From: Takakia lepidozioides
Taxonomy: Eukaryota > Plantae > Bryophyta
DNA length: 64,000 nt
Direction of reading: 5' to 3'
Assembly (NCBI GenBank): GCA_030704615.1
Contig: CM060731.1
Coordinates: 90,892,001-90,956,000, forward strand
Positions within the stretch are counted from its first letter, which is position 1. Every line of letters starts with the position of its first letter. The notes below the pieces were generated by a model that saw only the letters and a list, made by a program, of their open reading frames with translations, made no database searches and had not been told where the DNA came from. This document shows, piece by piece, positions 1-12,520 of the stretch. Made by a program: the position numbers and the translations under genes.

Positions 1-1075
1 CTTGACTCACTTGAGGTGGTATGAATGTCCTTAGAAATACTTGACTGTCTTACTGAATGTCATAGGTCTGTTGAATGTTTTGTCCGTCCATTAAACTTTA
101 CCACATCTGCAGAGCCTCATATTTTGCACAATGGTATACTGTCTTAGGGGAGAATATCAACCCCAGTTTGGATCTGTTAATCGATGGTTGAAATGACCTT
201 AGTGCGGGAAGAAGGCAACAAAAAGAAGGAGAAGGCAGTTGAGAAAAAGAAAGGTATGCCTAAGATGTGGGCTGCTGTTTCCATGCAGGCACCGGCTATG
301 GCTGCCTTTACAGGAAGTGCTGTATTTGGCCTACAGGTCCTGTTGGGCATACTTAAGGTGAAAAGACTCGACAAACAAGAGAAGCTTATTATGGGTACAG
401 CGTAGATGGATCAGGACACCACCTTCACAACTTAGGTAAAGATAACTTCTATGACTAAGTCCTCTCCAGAGTGCGCAGGCATTTTTTTCCCTCCTTGGAC
501 ATCTCAGTATATACTTTTCTGACTGGCTGTCTAACAATGTGTATCACTGTTAATTCTGTTCCAATCTGTGGCAATAATTCTTCTGAAATATTTATCTCTT
601 TGAAGAGTGGGGGAAAGAAACTAACAGAACTTTCCTACCTAGTTGATGGAACCACCCAGAATCTACTTTTCTACTTAACTTGTAACACTGCAGATCAGTG
701 TAAACTTAGTCCAATCTTAGACATTTTGCCGTGATACTGTCTAGTTGCACTGACGCAACCGAGTGAAGCCATATTTTGAGCCTGATCCTCACCCAGCAAT
801 CAGGTATTTTTCTTGGATGACAAGGACATGCCACCACTCTGGACACAAAAACCAACGCAACTCCCTTACAACAACCTGTATAGACATCATCAAAAAATGT
901 GAAATTCAATTCACAATGGGCATGTCTTTGCCAACTCCTCCAGGAGGAATCAGTCCATCGCGGTATGCAGGATGCACTGTCTCCTATTCAATTAAAGCCC
1001 TTCATGCAATGAGAAGCTCACACATTGGACACAGAAATTGCCTATGGAAAAAAATCCACCAATGCATGTAGATAC

Positions 1076-2042
1076 CTCAGGTATCTGAATATCCATCAAG
1101 TCAAACTGCTGGCATGCTGCGTGGTTTTTGACAGTGGAAACTGCCTCTATTCCACCATTCACACTCTCAACTCTCCCTCCATATCGTGACAACATTGATG
1201 ATGCCACCTTTCGGTTGACCGCATTGTCATCCACCTGCAAACAACAGCATGACATTATTAAAGATGAGAGAAAAAATGAAATGAAATGGAACTTCATAAC
1301 GTCCGCAGAAAGCTCAAAGGGCATATGGGACAAAAGCAAGATTCTATCATCAAGGAGAACTAGGAATGTCTCACGATAGAAATGGCGTTTTGTTGTTAGA
1401 GTGGCCAGCTTCCATGTTCGCCTGACATGAAGTTCCATAAGTTCTCTTCTGATGAGTCTGTTTCGATCCTGTTCGGACGTGATTTCCACCCCTTCTGTAT
1501 TTTGTGGCAGTAGGGAAGCAACAGAGAGTCTATTGCAAAAAAGAAAAGAAGATTTAAGTGCGTTCCTAACAGGCCCAAGGACAGAACAGAATAAAGACAC
1601 AGAGAGATCCACAGATGCATGACCCCCAAAATAAAGATTGCCCAATATGCTCAGTGGTGAGAACATTTTTCCATCCTTCAGCAAAGTGTCTACTGCATGT
1701 GCAATGGTCAAGGCAAAGAATAAACTCAGCAACATACCAAAAATAACCTCTTTCCAGCGAGCATCTTGGAATCAACATTTGCTTTCGCTGAAGAGGGCTG
1801 GAGCTGCATCCCCAAGGCCTGTAGCAAGCCAAATGCCAGAATTGAAAGCCGGAGTGGCTTTTGCACAGTGAATGTAAGCCCGGCTACCTCAAGTTCTTTT
1901 TGGCCATCGCTACTGAGCAGCAATGAGAGAGCCACCAGAGTCGCAAGACCAGGCTCCTTACGAACCAATCGAGCCAAGGCCAGAGCAGATGAGAGATCGA
2001 GCCCTTGCAAGTCAACAATCACTGCCTGCACCGATACCTGGT
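1076..2042 (-). pseudogene. Two exons (1738-2042, 1076-1234) of a hybrid histidine kinase, cytokinin-receptor (CHK/AHK2-4) type: pseudo-receiver plus start of receiver domain
   Basis: GT-AG bounded exons splice to ...KPLRLSILAFGLLQALGM...MLAGKRLFL|VDDNAVNRKVASSMLSRYGGRVESVNGGIEAV...FDLMDIQIPE, resembling the AHK receiver (VDDNxVNRRVA...MDIQMPE). The D-box is shortened and no downstream MDG exon was found, so probably decayed. Confidence 0.75.
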
Positions 2043-2074
2043 CTGCACAAACCATTTGGCACAGCTGTCATTGG

Positions 2075-2247
2075 TGCTTGAACATTCTTGCTGTTTCAGA
2101 CTAACTACAAACTGGCCCTTTAGATCCATCCTAGAGTGCCTGGACTCAATGGAAGCACAACTGTCAGAGACTTGTGCTTGAACATTCTTGTTGTTTCACT
2201 ACAAACTGGCCCTTTAGATCCGTCCTAGAGAGACTGGAGTTAATGGA
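2075..2247. repeat. ~75-bp imperfect direct duplication
   Basis: gtgcttgaacattcttg...ctacaaactggccctttagatcc...aatgga occurs at ~2075 and ~2175. Confidence 0.8.
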
Positions 2248-3339
2248 CACTAATTACATATGACTTTGGACTCAAACTACTCCTGGTAGAACACCGACAT
2301 ACCCTTTGAAAATGATTGTGGTCACTAATTTTTAATGAATTTCAGTTTCATCAATGAATGAGAGAGCCCTCAATTGCACACCTTTATGAGGCTGCTGTCT
2401 GAGCCTAATGAAACTGTATTGCCGTCGTTAACATGGCTGCAGGAGAAATTAGACAGTTCCAATTCAATCATCCTATCCTTTGGGTCATGTTGCTGTCTAT
2501 CATCCAACATGCATGAAACACAGACCCTGTAACATCCTGTGAAACTATCGCAATTCCGTCACATGAAGTCCTAGCTCCGCACAATTACTCTTATTTCAAG
2601 GGTGCCAAGTCTATGTCAAGTTAGGAATAACTACACAGTAGAGAGAGAGAAATTGCTAAGATTGAGTCTGGTATGCACTCCCTTACGGGGTGAGTGCATA
2701 CCACACTCACTCTCTAAGGGATTGCCATACCAGGGGACATGGTGGGGGGTCTCTCTCTCTCTCACTAATTCCCTTTAAGGCTGGTACCTCAAATTTGAGT
2801 ACTCCCTTATGCCTGGTTTTTGAAAAACATCCTTATGAGTCTATGGTTGATACAGCACTGTCTTTCATTTCCTTTCCCTTCTTTCTTTCTCTTTTGCAGA
2901 AGAGTCCCACTACTGGAGTGAGGCCCCCACAAAGGTAGTGTCTGTTCCCTCTTGTTTCACTAGAACTGGGGGCGGGGTCTATGGCCACAAGGCTATGGGA
3001 AAACATCTCATGGGAACACTTTTTGCAGAAGAAAGAGGTGGCTATGCACATGGTGCAAAATTGCCAATGACATAGTGCTATGGGGTAAAATGTGAAGCTA
3101 TGTGTCTCTCCTCACTTGTTTTTCCTTCTGTGGATTTTCTGCAAAGGATCATAATGAGCTGTGATTGAGTCAAAAGTCTCTAATCATTTGAAGTCCCTGT
3201 AGCAGTGATCATTTTGCATGAATGTGCTGGATGGTAAGGATTGCTGAGCATTTGGCAGGTCCATCGAGATTTGTGGCGATTGGTATCAAAAATTCCATAT
3301 ATACCCCAAATTCAGGCTTCTGTCTGATCATGTTTACAG

Positions 3340-3425
3340 GAGGTGACAGCAAGCTATTTGCGAAGATTGAGCATGGTGGTTGAGGAAGCTGAAGATGTGC
3401 GGGCAGCATTAACTGTGTTAAAGAG
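3340..3425 (+). pseudogene. Isolated exon of the same histidine-kinase pseudo-receiver domain, opposite orientation
   Basis: tttacag|EVTASYLRRLSMVVEEAEDVRAALTVLKR|gt resembles the AHK 'VTRYHLKRLGI.V' segment that precedes the 1738-2042 exon. Confidence 0.6.
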
Positions 3426-3619
3426 GTGCACAATCCTTGCCCTGCTTTTGGGTTTCATCAATCTGTCCTGACATCAATGATCAGACCTGGAACGATTACG
3501 TAGGGATGCAGAGGGCATGGGATAAGCAACTTGAAGCAAGGTGGGCCGAAGCACAGCTAAGAGAATGACAGTATTTAAAGAGTAGTTACTACAAGCCAGG
3601 GAGCCAACTTAGAAGTACC

Positions 3620-4565
3620 CTAACGGTACTGAAGCCTGGAAGCTGTCGATGATGGCTTAAGGTGTTTCCAGTTCACCTCCCTTTCAAACTCAGGGGACAC
3701 AATGGAGTGTCGCTCGGTGATCTCGCCAACATTGGGGGGGTTGCTCTGTCCAGATACAGGAGGTGTCCTGCCTAGGGGAGAAGCAGATAAAGCCATGCTT
3801 GCCCCAAGTGGCCTGAAAGTTAGCATGGATGGCGACTGCACTCGCCGAGTTTCACATGATATCTGCACAAGTTTTGGACCAAGCTTTTCTTGATTCTATT
3901 CCTAGATCAGAGAAAACACTAGAGAGAACAGATGAGATGGTGGAAGTCTCTCCAGAGAACGATTTCTTGCAGCGGGCCTTCCACAGGTGCCAGAGAGTGG
4001 AGCTACGTAAAGTCTCAAAAACTGGACAGTCAAAGGCCTTTTTCTTTAAGTACTGATCATAGTTAAGCAAGATATGAAGCGACAGTAGAGGTTTGCTGTC
4101 CCAATAACTGTAAAAGACTTTCACTAGAGGCCAGACCTTAGCAGGACCATGACAGAAGAGAAGGCAATGCTCCAAAGATTCCAAGATGTTTGCTGGACAA
4201 CAACTGCAAAGGATAGCTGCCTGGAACTGTAGCCACTCTCCCACTTTTAACACTCTATTGACTATCTGCCAAAGGAATGCCGATATTTTGGCTGGGCGTG
4301 ATTTGATCCAGATCGCAGACCAGTTCTCATTGCTAAAGCCATAGAGATCCCATCTAGCCTCCCATTTAGCATTCAGGCTTTGAAAGTTGGAGAGGGCTCT
4401 ATAGCCCTTCTTCGTGGATTTATTTTCTACCTTGAGTTCTTTGTACACAGATCCAGATCCAGGGTTCTTTACAAACACAATGGCATCAAATACTTGTTGG
4501 TGTGGGGGACTGCACCCAACCTTCAATCTCACCTTGGTCACTCAATGTTTGGAGACAAAGCTGTC
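3620..4565 (-). mobile_element. L1/Tx1-type LINE 3' fragment (zf-RVT region)
   Basis: ORF 3852..4541: W..IW.KSRPAKISAFLWQIVNRVL...CSCC...ESLEHCLLFC...LWHLWKARC; homologous to 9500-10117. Confidence 0.8.
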
Positions 4566-4584
4566 CAAGAACTCACTGGCCATC

Positions 4585-5040
4585 GTGAGAAAAAAGAATC
4601 GACCGTCAATTGTGCGGTCACTTTATTTTCTTTTTATATATTTTAAAAATAATAATAATTAAAATAATCGACCTCCGACCATGAGGCGCGCTTCCGGTAT
4701 TCTCACATCGCAGAAGTTTTTGAAATATTTATGTTATTTTCGTTTTATATTTTTATTAAAAAAAGAAAATATCTGATTTTTTTTTAAAATAAAAATAAAA
4801 TCGACCTCTAACCAGGACGCGCACGTTCTGTATTCTCACATTGCAGGAGTTTTTGAAATATTTATCTTATTTTCATTTTCCTTCTATTTTTGAAAGGAGC
4901 GTAGTCCAACCAATGGACGCGTTACGCTCAGGCTATTTTTTCAGCATTGCATGAGTTTTTTAAATTTAAAAAAAAAACGGCTGTCAATTGTGCGGTCATA
5001 TTTTTTTTTATAAAACTTTTTAAAAAAACATTCGACCTCT
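4585..5040. repeat. AT-rich degenerate repeats with TCGACC / TGCGGTCA motifs (DNA-transposon subterminal-like remnant)
   Basis: Duplicated blocks (gtcaattgtgcggtca twice; tcgacctc...tattctcacat...ttttgaaatattt twice); resembles the 36963-38190 array. Confidence 0.5.
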
Positions 5041-7335
5041 AATCCCTGCTTGCAACACTCCTGCAAGCCCAATGCTCATGCCTCCATACATGTCTAGCAA
5101 ACAAATCCCTGAGGCAGGTGGTTGCCAGGTAATGGGCACTGTGTCCAAAGGAGCTAACTGAGGAGGTCCAGGTGATGTCACTGAACTCCCCTCACCCACT
5201 AGAAATGCCTCTTGCCATGCTCGTTGCACACACTCGCCTGCTACTCTATGCAAATTTCCAACTGTACCCCACACTGAGTTATGCACAGGCACATGAGGAA
5301 GCAACTCAGCCTTGTGTGCCAATTGCTTGTCCTCATCAAGTGGTGGTCTATCATCTGCATGGCTATTTCCCTCCAAGAGCTCACTACCCCAAGCTAGTAC
5401 CCCTGAGAATGCAGCCAATGTGGGCATCATGTTCCTATGATCCACCCCTACATTCCCAATAAACCGCACTGGGAGCAGTGCACGTCGGCAATCCCCTGAC
5501 TGCCACTCCGGCCTATAGGACGCCGTTTCCTCCCAAAAGTCTAGAGTAAATCTCATGGGGTACAACACCGCCCCACCAACAATCACATTGTATGACATCG
5601 CGTCCGTAACAATGGCTTTGGCTCTCATGACTGAGCCGTCCGTAGGATGATCCGGTTGCAATCGAATGAAGAGCTCATGGCATGTGATCCCTCACGCCTT
5701 CTGTGAACCACGTAAAGACGTCTGAATCTAGAAAGGGTAAGGCTCCAAATCTACCTCTGTAAGGCCCAAGCCTGCAATTGTCACTCTCCCCAACATCAAT
5801 GGTTGTGCTCCCGAGTCCAGCAAGACTCGCAGTGGCCTATACCTCCTCCCGGTTGGGCCACCCAACTGAAACACTCCATCCTGATTGTCTACTAGGACTA
5901 CCCCAAGAGTCACCGTGCTTCGTTCAATGGCTGGCCTAGCTGACAACTCCTGCAACCGTGCAGCTGCCGTTTGCCATGGCGCAGCTATGGCTGACTTCAC
6001 CTTCGAATCCAATGCATCCATAGACTGCACCTTATCTGCTATCCCCGCAGATAGTGCGGATGCATCACCACTCTCACAGAGTCTAGCTGCTAGTCTGAAC
6101 ACAGCAGCTGGCCGAATCCCTGGCATTGCAATGGTCATTGCAGAAAACAATGGGGCTTGGCAAACCGTCGTAGCCGCCCCCAACAATGTAATGGCTGCAC
6201 CTTACTTTGCGGCACCACCCATTGGCATTTCCTGAGCCACACCAACTCTCCCCAATGACACTCGTGACTCTATCTCTGACACACTTGGGTGAGCGGGTGC
6301 CATTGATGGCATAGGTGGCACTGTCTCGGCCAATGTGAAAGACTGGGGAAGCCTTGTCTGTCAACTTGCTTCCCCCCTTTGTGGATCAAAATCCACATCC
6401 GCTCCTCTTGGCTTAGGAGCACGCATTGCTGCTCGAGTGACAGCTGCAGTAGAGTCCAGTACATGCAATGGCCCTGCAAATGCGGCTCCACACATGAAGT
6501 CCATACCAATCTGGTCTTCCCTAGGCATATGAGGTTGTGCAGGTGGAGCTTGAACCTCAGGCCTTGGAGCTGGTGCAACATGAGTAGTGGCCATGGCAGC
6601 AAGACGTTGCTCTAGCTGGGCAAGTCTATCCACCATGCCTTGCTCATGACCTTGACCTTGACCCTGTGCTCCTTGGTTTTGGTTACAACCTCCACCACGA
6701 CCTCTGCCTCCTCTACCTCTCTGGACTATATTGCCTTGTCCTCGACCACCATTGCTCCCTTGGAACTGGCCTGGCCGTAGCTCAGGATGCAAGTCATAAC
6801 AATGGGCCTTCTCATGCCCATACTTGCCACAATGCCCATACTGTAATTGTGTAGGTTGTGCTTGTGTTGGCCATTTGCCTCTCTCCGAACAATCCTTCTT
6901 GACATGAGGTCCTCCACAATCCCAACATGACACACTCGTCTGTTGCTGGCCTAAGAATGATGGAATAGACCTTATCTGAGATCCTCTTTGACCTTCCCTG
7001 GGCTTTGTCTGAGCCCCCTTGTTACCTTGAGTATGTTGGGGAGTTGGTTGTTGTTGGCTAGGAACCCCACTTTGTTGTATCTCCTTGCCAAACCCCACCA
7101 TAACCACCCGCTCCTCCACCATGTTGAGCTCTATCTGCTCGGCTAGCAAAAACACATTTGCTAAGGTGGATTGGGCCACTTGTAGGAGAGTTGCATCCCG
7201 CATCCTTCTCCTCAACTCCTTATCCAATATCCCATACCAGAATTGGACTGCTTGAGCTTCCGTAATCCCTTGGGCAGCCACTGTGATTGCCAGGGAAAGG
7301 GATCGGATCCTGCAATGAGCCAAGAGGTTCAAGTG
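5038..7335 (-). mobile_element. Ty3/Gypsy gag - aspartic protease - start of C5-DNMT-like domain (truncated, frameshifted)
   Basis: Two CCHC knuckles (CWDCGGPHVKKDC; HCGKYGHEKAHC), retropepsin LLDSGA, then GICLLDMYGGMSIGLAGVLQAG (SAM-binding motif I-like) at 5038-5109. Confidence 0.75.
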
Positions 7336-7339
7336 GGAG

Positions 7340-8575
7340 GGGATACACCTGCTTCGAGTATGGGAGGATGGTCGGGTGAGGATCGTGCCTCACCCAACAC
7401 AGCGTGCACGGTTAGTGCGACATGCCCATGAGGAGTTGGGGCATTTTGGAATGTGACGCACTCACAATCTACTGCAGGGGCAGTATTTGTGGCGTGATAT
7501 GCACACAGAGGTGCAGCAGTTCGTGGCTAGGTGCATGGTGTGTGACAGGGTGCGTGCTTCATTCAACGCCCCTACACCCCTGTTGCATCATTTACCGATC
7601 ATGGGATTGGGCTATAGGTGGAGCCTTGACTTCGCAAGACCGTTGCCACTAACGATGCGCCACCACAGATTTGTGTTGGTGATGGTGGAGCACTTCTCCA
7701 AGTGGATAAAGTTGGTTCTATTGCCTGACAAGGCTAGTGAGGGGGCTGCGTATGCATTCTTGGATCGTGTGCTTAGCCGATTTGGTGCTCCAGCTGAGGT
7801 ACTCACGGACCAAGGGAGAGAATTCTTGGGGGAGTTTCAGGCTTTGTGTGATAAAGCCTTGATAAACCACCATACCACTTCTCGATATCATCCTGAGGCC
7901 GATGGCTTGGTAGAGTGAGTTGTGCAGACGGTGAAGAGGGGTTTGCATAAGTATGGCTTGCAGAAGGGACACCTAGGAGATTGGGATCTCCAGGTACCTT
8001 GGTTAGCCATGGGCTACAGGTTCAGCAAGCAAGCATCACTTGCCTCATTCTCACCATATTTCCTTCTCTTTGGCCGAGAGCCGGATTTGTCTGCAGCCAT
8101 TCGTAGCGACACTGCTCAAGTCCTTAACCTTGACGATCTGGACGTGTGGGTACGTGCATGTGATCAGCGTGCAGAGTTGTTCAAAAAAATCATGCCTATG
8201 GCTTTTGAGAACCTTGCCATTGCACAGCACCGTGATACGTTGAGGTATGCCACTATACGTGGTGAAAGATATCGTCCTGGGGTTCGGAGGTTAGGCCCTG
8301 GTGACTATGTTTATTTGCAGCAGACTGCTCCTACGACCCTGGATGTCACTGCAAGGCATGTTATTATGAGGGTTCGAGAGGTGTTACCCTCAGGAGTCCC
8401 GATCTTGGAGGGTCGGGATGACTTGGAAGGACCATGTGCATAATTGTGCGCCATGTCACCTTCCCAATGTCGATGGCAGAGTTGACCCAAACTTGGCAGT
8501 GATACATGCAGGTTTGAGGTGCATGCTCTGTGGGTCTGCCAAAGGGGCAGCCACTATATTGGTGTGTGATCCCGG
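7340..8575 (+). mobile_element. Ty3/Gypsy integrase with start of C-terminal PHD finger; inverted relative to adjacent gag
   Basis: HEELGHFG...CMVCDR (HHCC), WSLDF...LTDQGREF...GLVE (DDE), SPYFLLFGR, then CMLCGSAKGAATILVCD (PHD N-half). Contains stops and frameshifts. Confidence 0.85.
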
Positions 8576-8669
8576 CCCAAAGAAGGGTATTACCATTTAA
8601 AAAGCAACCCCATGGGCGGGGGTAGTATAAAACAAATAAATAAAACAAAATAAAAATCTCATGTAAGCG

Positions 8670-9000
8670 GTGACCCCCTGGGGGTCGCTTTAGGGTTCAC
8701 CCAAGCAGGCCCCTTCCCGTCGCCTCCGACCCCCCGGGGGTCGCTTTAGGGTTAACCCGAATAGGCCTTGTTCGTTGCTTGGAAGCACCAAACCCCTTGG
8801 GGGTCGCTCTGAGTGCACCCAAGCAGACCCTGCCCATTGCTTGGTAGCACCGACCCCCCGGGGTTTGCTGCTTGTTTTTGCCCCGGCTAGATAATTATGT
8901 GGCTTGGTAACACCGACCCCCTGGGGGACGCCGTTAGCAGCCCACATCCTTGCCTGTCGCTGGGTAACACCAACCCCCAGGGCGTCGCGGCCCCTCCAAA
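8670..9000. repeat. Cluster of short palindromes GACCCCC(N)GGGGGTCGC
   Basis: About six imperfect copies at ~8672, 8728, 8791, 8851, 8913, 8972. Confidence 0.65.
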
Positions 9001-9289
9001 CCTAAAACCTACCCATCGGTAATTACAAGCGCCCCCCTGGGCGGAGAGGGCCCTATAGGTCTTGATGCGCTCAAGAAGCGGGGGGTATCCTTCAGCCTTG
9101 ACAAACTCTGCCTCCTCCTTGTTTGGGTGCCTCCCAAACCTACGATGCTACACTATCACAAACAACCTTAATTAGTGTATGCAAGAATAACCAAAGAGAT
9201 AGCCATACATAGACAAAGCAACACATTACAGTAAATGCATCCATGAAATGCTTACAAATCGGGTCCAAAATGACTTAAGCCCTCCTTCT

Positions 9290-12200
9290 AGTTGACCTCT
9301 GACCTCTCAAATTCTGGGGAAGCTAAATAGCCTAGCCTTGTGCCCTCGCTAGCAATCGGGGATTCTGTCAGTCCACACATAGGAGAGCTCATCAGAGCAT
9401 TCACAAATGATCCCAAACTTCCCCCACGTTGATCGGAAGGCATAGAGGAGGGATGGCTGACACTGTGGTTTCCTGGCGACCTCTGCACACAAAACCGCTC
9501 AAGCCTTCTTAGCTGCCACTGTAAGATCAAAGAAAGCTAGAGTGAGCAGCGCAGTGGGAGAGGTATTGTCATTGTCCAGGACCCATGCACATCTGTTTTT
9601 CCATAAGTTCCATAGGGTGGCTGTTCTGAGACCCTCAAAGACTGGGCATTCCGAAACCATGTCTTTTTCCCTTTTGTCATAGTTCAGGAGTATGGGCACT
9701 GGTAGCACGGGCATTAGGCCCCAGGCCTGGTAGAGAGTACACACCAGGGGCCATATGGTGTGTGGGGCAGATCCCAATGTTGCAACATTGACAAAGCAGA
9801 GCATCCCTGAAGTTCAAGAACTGGCCCACTTTGAGTACCCTGTTTGCCACTTGCCATAGGAAGGCACTGACCTTGGCCGATTTGGTTTTGTCCCAAATAA
9901 CAGACCAGATAGGCTTCCAGTTTTCATCATGACTCCATCTGTCATTCCATTTTGCAAAGAGGGGTTTTGCACTTAGCAGGGCCTTGTAGGCTTTCTTTGC
10001 AGAATAGGAGAAGAAGGGGTGGAAGTCGTTCTGAAATTTCCAGTTCCATTCAGCTGGGTCCATCTGTAGGGAGGGAATGTTAGTGCCACCAATGAGGACA
10101 AATTTTGCGCTTTTCAACCAAGGAAGGAGTAGAAGCTACTGGTGCCACAGCTGCTCAGTTTTTCCCTCATCTCTCATGGGATCAAGGGTTCTGTAGGGGT
10201 CGGACCACAAGCAGATGTGAGCAGGAGACGCCATGGAGGCGGGGATGGAGATAGTTTGAAGAGATGACAAGGAAAGAAAGCCAGTGAGGGCATCAGCATA
10301 GAATTCATAGCTAGTAATAGAAACGGAATTCGTGTCTGTGAGATAAAGGACATGAAGGGAGGAAAGATTAGAGAGAACCCAATGGTGTGGAGAGAAGGGG
10401 GCAGGCCCATCCTTTAACAGCAGTTTCCGGGAGTTGGGAATAGATTCGACTATTTGAGTGATGCCAAATTGAGACGCCTTGCCCCCAGAGCCAGCTCAAG
10501 GGAGTGGGGAGTGCTGACCCATAGATTCCTGATAGTGGCAATCCCTCTTGACTCCCATTCAGCCCATTTTTGGGCCTCACTCCTTTCCTCTTTGGAGGGG
10601 TTGGGAGAATTAACGAAGATGGGCTATCTCATAGTCTCCTGGAAGGTAGCAGGTTCCTTTTTTACCATGAAAGGTCTGAAACAATTCCAACAGACCAAAT
10701 AGATCTCCACAGCTGTGAACCAGGCGATTTGTGGTTGAACCCTTGAACTATCCAGCGGGTAGAGGCAGGCCAGACAGTCCCCTGGCCAGGGGATGAAGCC
10801 TCAATGGTGCCAGCCAGCAATAGTTTCCACCAGCCTCCCTTAGGGCCAAGAAACCTTGGGAGCCATTTGCCAAGAAGCGCTTTTATCTGGGTCTCCGGGT
10901 CCAGGATACCCAGGCCTCCCATTTTCTTTGGGAGACAGATCTGATGCCAAGAGACTTGGGGTCTCTTATTCTCTGAGGAAGAGCTGGCTCCCCAAATGAA
11001 GTTTCTGATTAACCTTTTGACTTCATTTAATCTTGGAATCGGGCCCCCAGGCGGAGGCAAATTGAACCAGATACCTGCCATACTTGGATTTGGTTGGCCG
11101 CGAGTGCCCTCCCCGTGATTGATAGGTGGCATGAACCCCAATATGCCAGCTTCATTTTAAGCTTCTGAATGGTGGGGCCAATTCTTTGTTCATCAGTGAG
11201 GTTGATACCAAAGGTATGCCCCAACAGTGTGGTTGGCTGATCTCCTTCTTTGAGCCAAACTAGGCCTAGATGTCCACCCCAGGTGGGAGTTACCCCCATG
11301 GTGCATTTAGAGGGGTCCCCCACAAGAAGGGCTTTGGTCTTGGACCAGTTGACTCTGAAACCAGAGACCCCACAGAACTGCAGGAGTGTTGATTCCGCAG
11401 CAGCCAAGGTAGAGGGGGAGGCTTCCAGAAGCAAGAAGGTATCGTCAACAAACATTAACTTGTCCCCAAAGCTGGGTTTTTGGGTTCTGGACTTTGAGGC
11501 CTTTCACAAGTGTATTGTTTTCCAGCATGGACTTCCAGGTGAGATGGAAGGCCCTATGAAAGGCAAACCAAGGAAATCCATCATTTAGTAAAAATGCCAA
11601 GTATCCTAGAGTATCAACGACGAATAGGAAAAAGAAAGGGGCCAGAGAACACCCTTGTCTGACCGATCTCTAGAGATGGAAGGCCTTGGAGAGGTGGCCA
11701 TTGACCACTACTCTGCTTGTGGCCCCCTCTAAAAGAATATGCACCCATTGATAGAATCCATCCGGGAGGCCCGATTTCCTAAGGACCGCTTGGAGAAACG
11801 TCCAGTTAACTTTGTCAAACGCCTTTTCAAAATCAAGGAGCAAAAGAGCCAGGGCTTGGCCAGAACGGTTAGCATAGGAGGATGCTTCCTGAGCCAAAAG
11901 GACATTGTCAATGATATATCTTCCTTTGATAAACCCGGTTTGGCTGGTTCTGATAAGAGTAGGGAGCAGAGGCTGAATGCCAATGTCTTTGCTATGATTT
12001 TGTAGGCCACGTTTAGTAGAGTGATGGGTCTATAGTTTACGATGCAGGCTCTATCCCCCTTTTTGTAGAGCAAAGTGATGACTCCCTGAGTCATAGAGTA
12101 CTCGGACATGCAAACTGTTATCTTAATCTTGTTGGCCATTTCACAAAAGTCTTTAGATATAACAGGCCATAACGCTTTGTAGAATTCCACCGGGATCCCG

Positions 12201-12520
12201 TCCAGGCTAGGGGCCTTGTTGTTGTTCATAAGATTGAGCACATCCTCTAACTCCTGTTCAGTAAACTCCGCGAGCAGATCGAGAGAGTCAGCAAGCAGCA
12301 GTTGTTGAGGGACAGAGTTAAGGCATTATTGTAAGCGGTCCTGGTAGGTAGGATCTTTGGGGGTTGACTGGAAGAGGGCAGTGAGGTGCTGGAAGGCCGC
12401 TGCACACATAAGTTTAGGGTTGGAGGATTTGGCACCCGAGGGATCAGTGTAGAGTTCGAAGATGATCTGCAGAGCCCTGCGGAGTTTCATTTTCGAACAT
12501 CTTCTCACCCTTCGTGGACC
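9290..12520 (-). mobile_element. L1/Tx1-type LINE ORF2 (RT + zf-RVT), decayed
   Basis: KAPSLDG, NYRPITLLN, LLDFEKAFDKV, SVRQGV.LAP, FVDDT, W.QICLPKKMGGLG, KVSAFLWQV; spread over several frames. Confidence 0.9.

Noticed and set aside
184-405. Short ORF MVEMTLV...; also ORFs in 44167-44840
   Set aside because: No recognisable domain or reliable splice structure; left uncalled.
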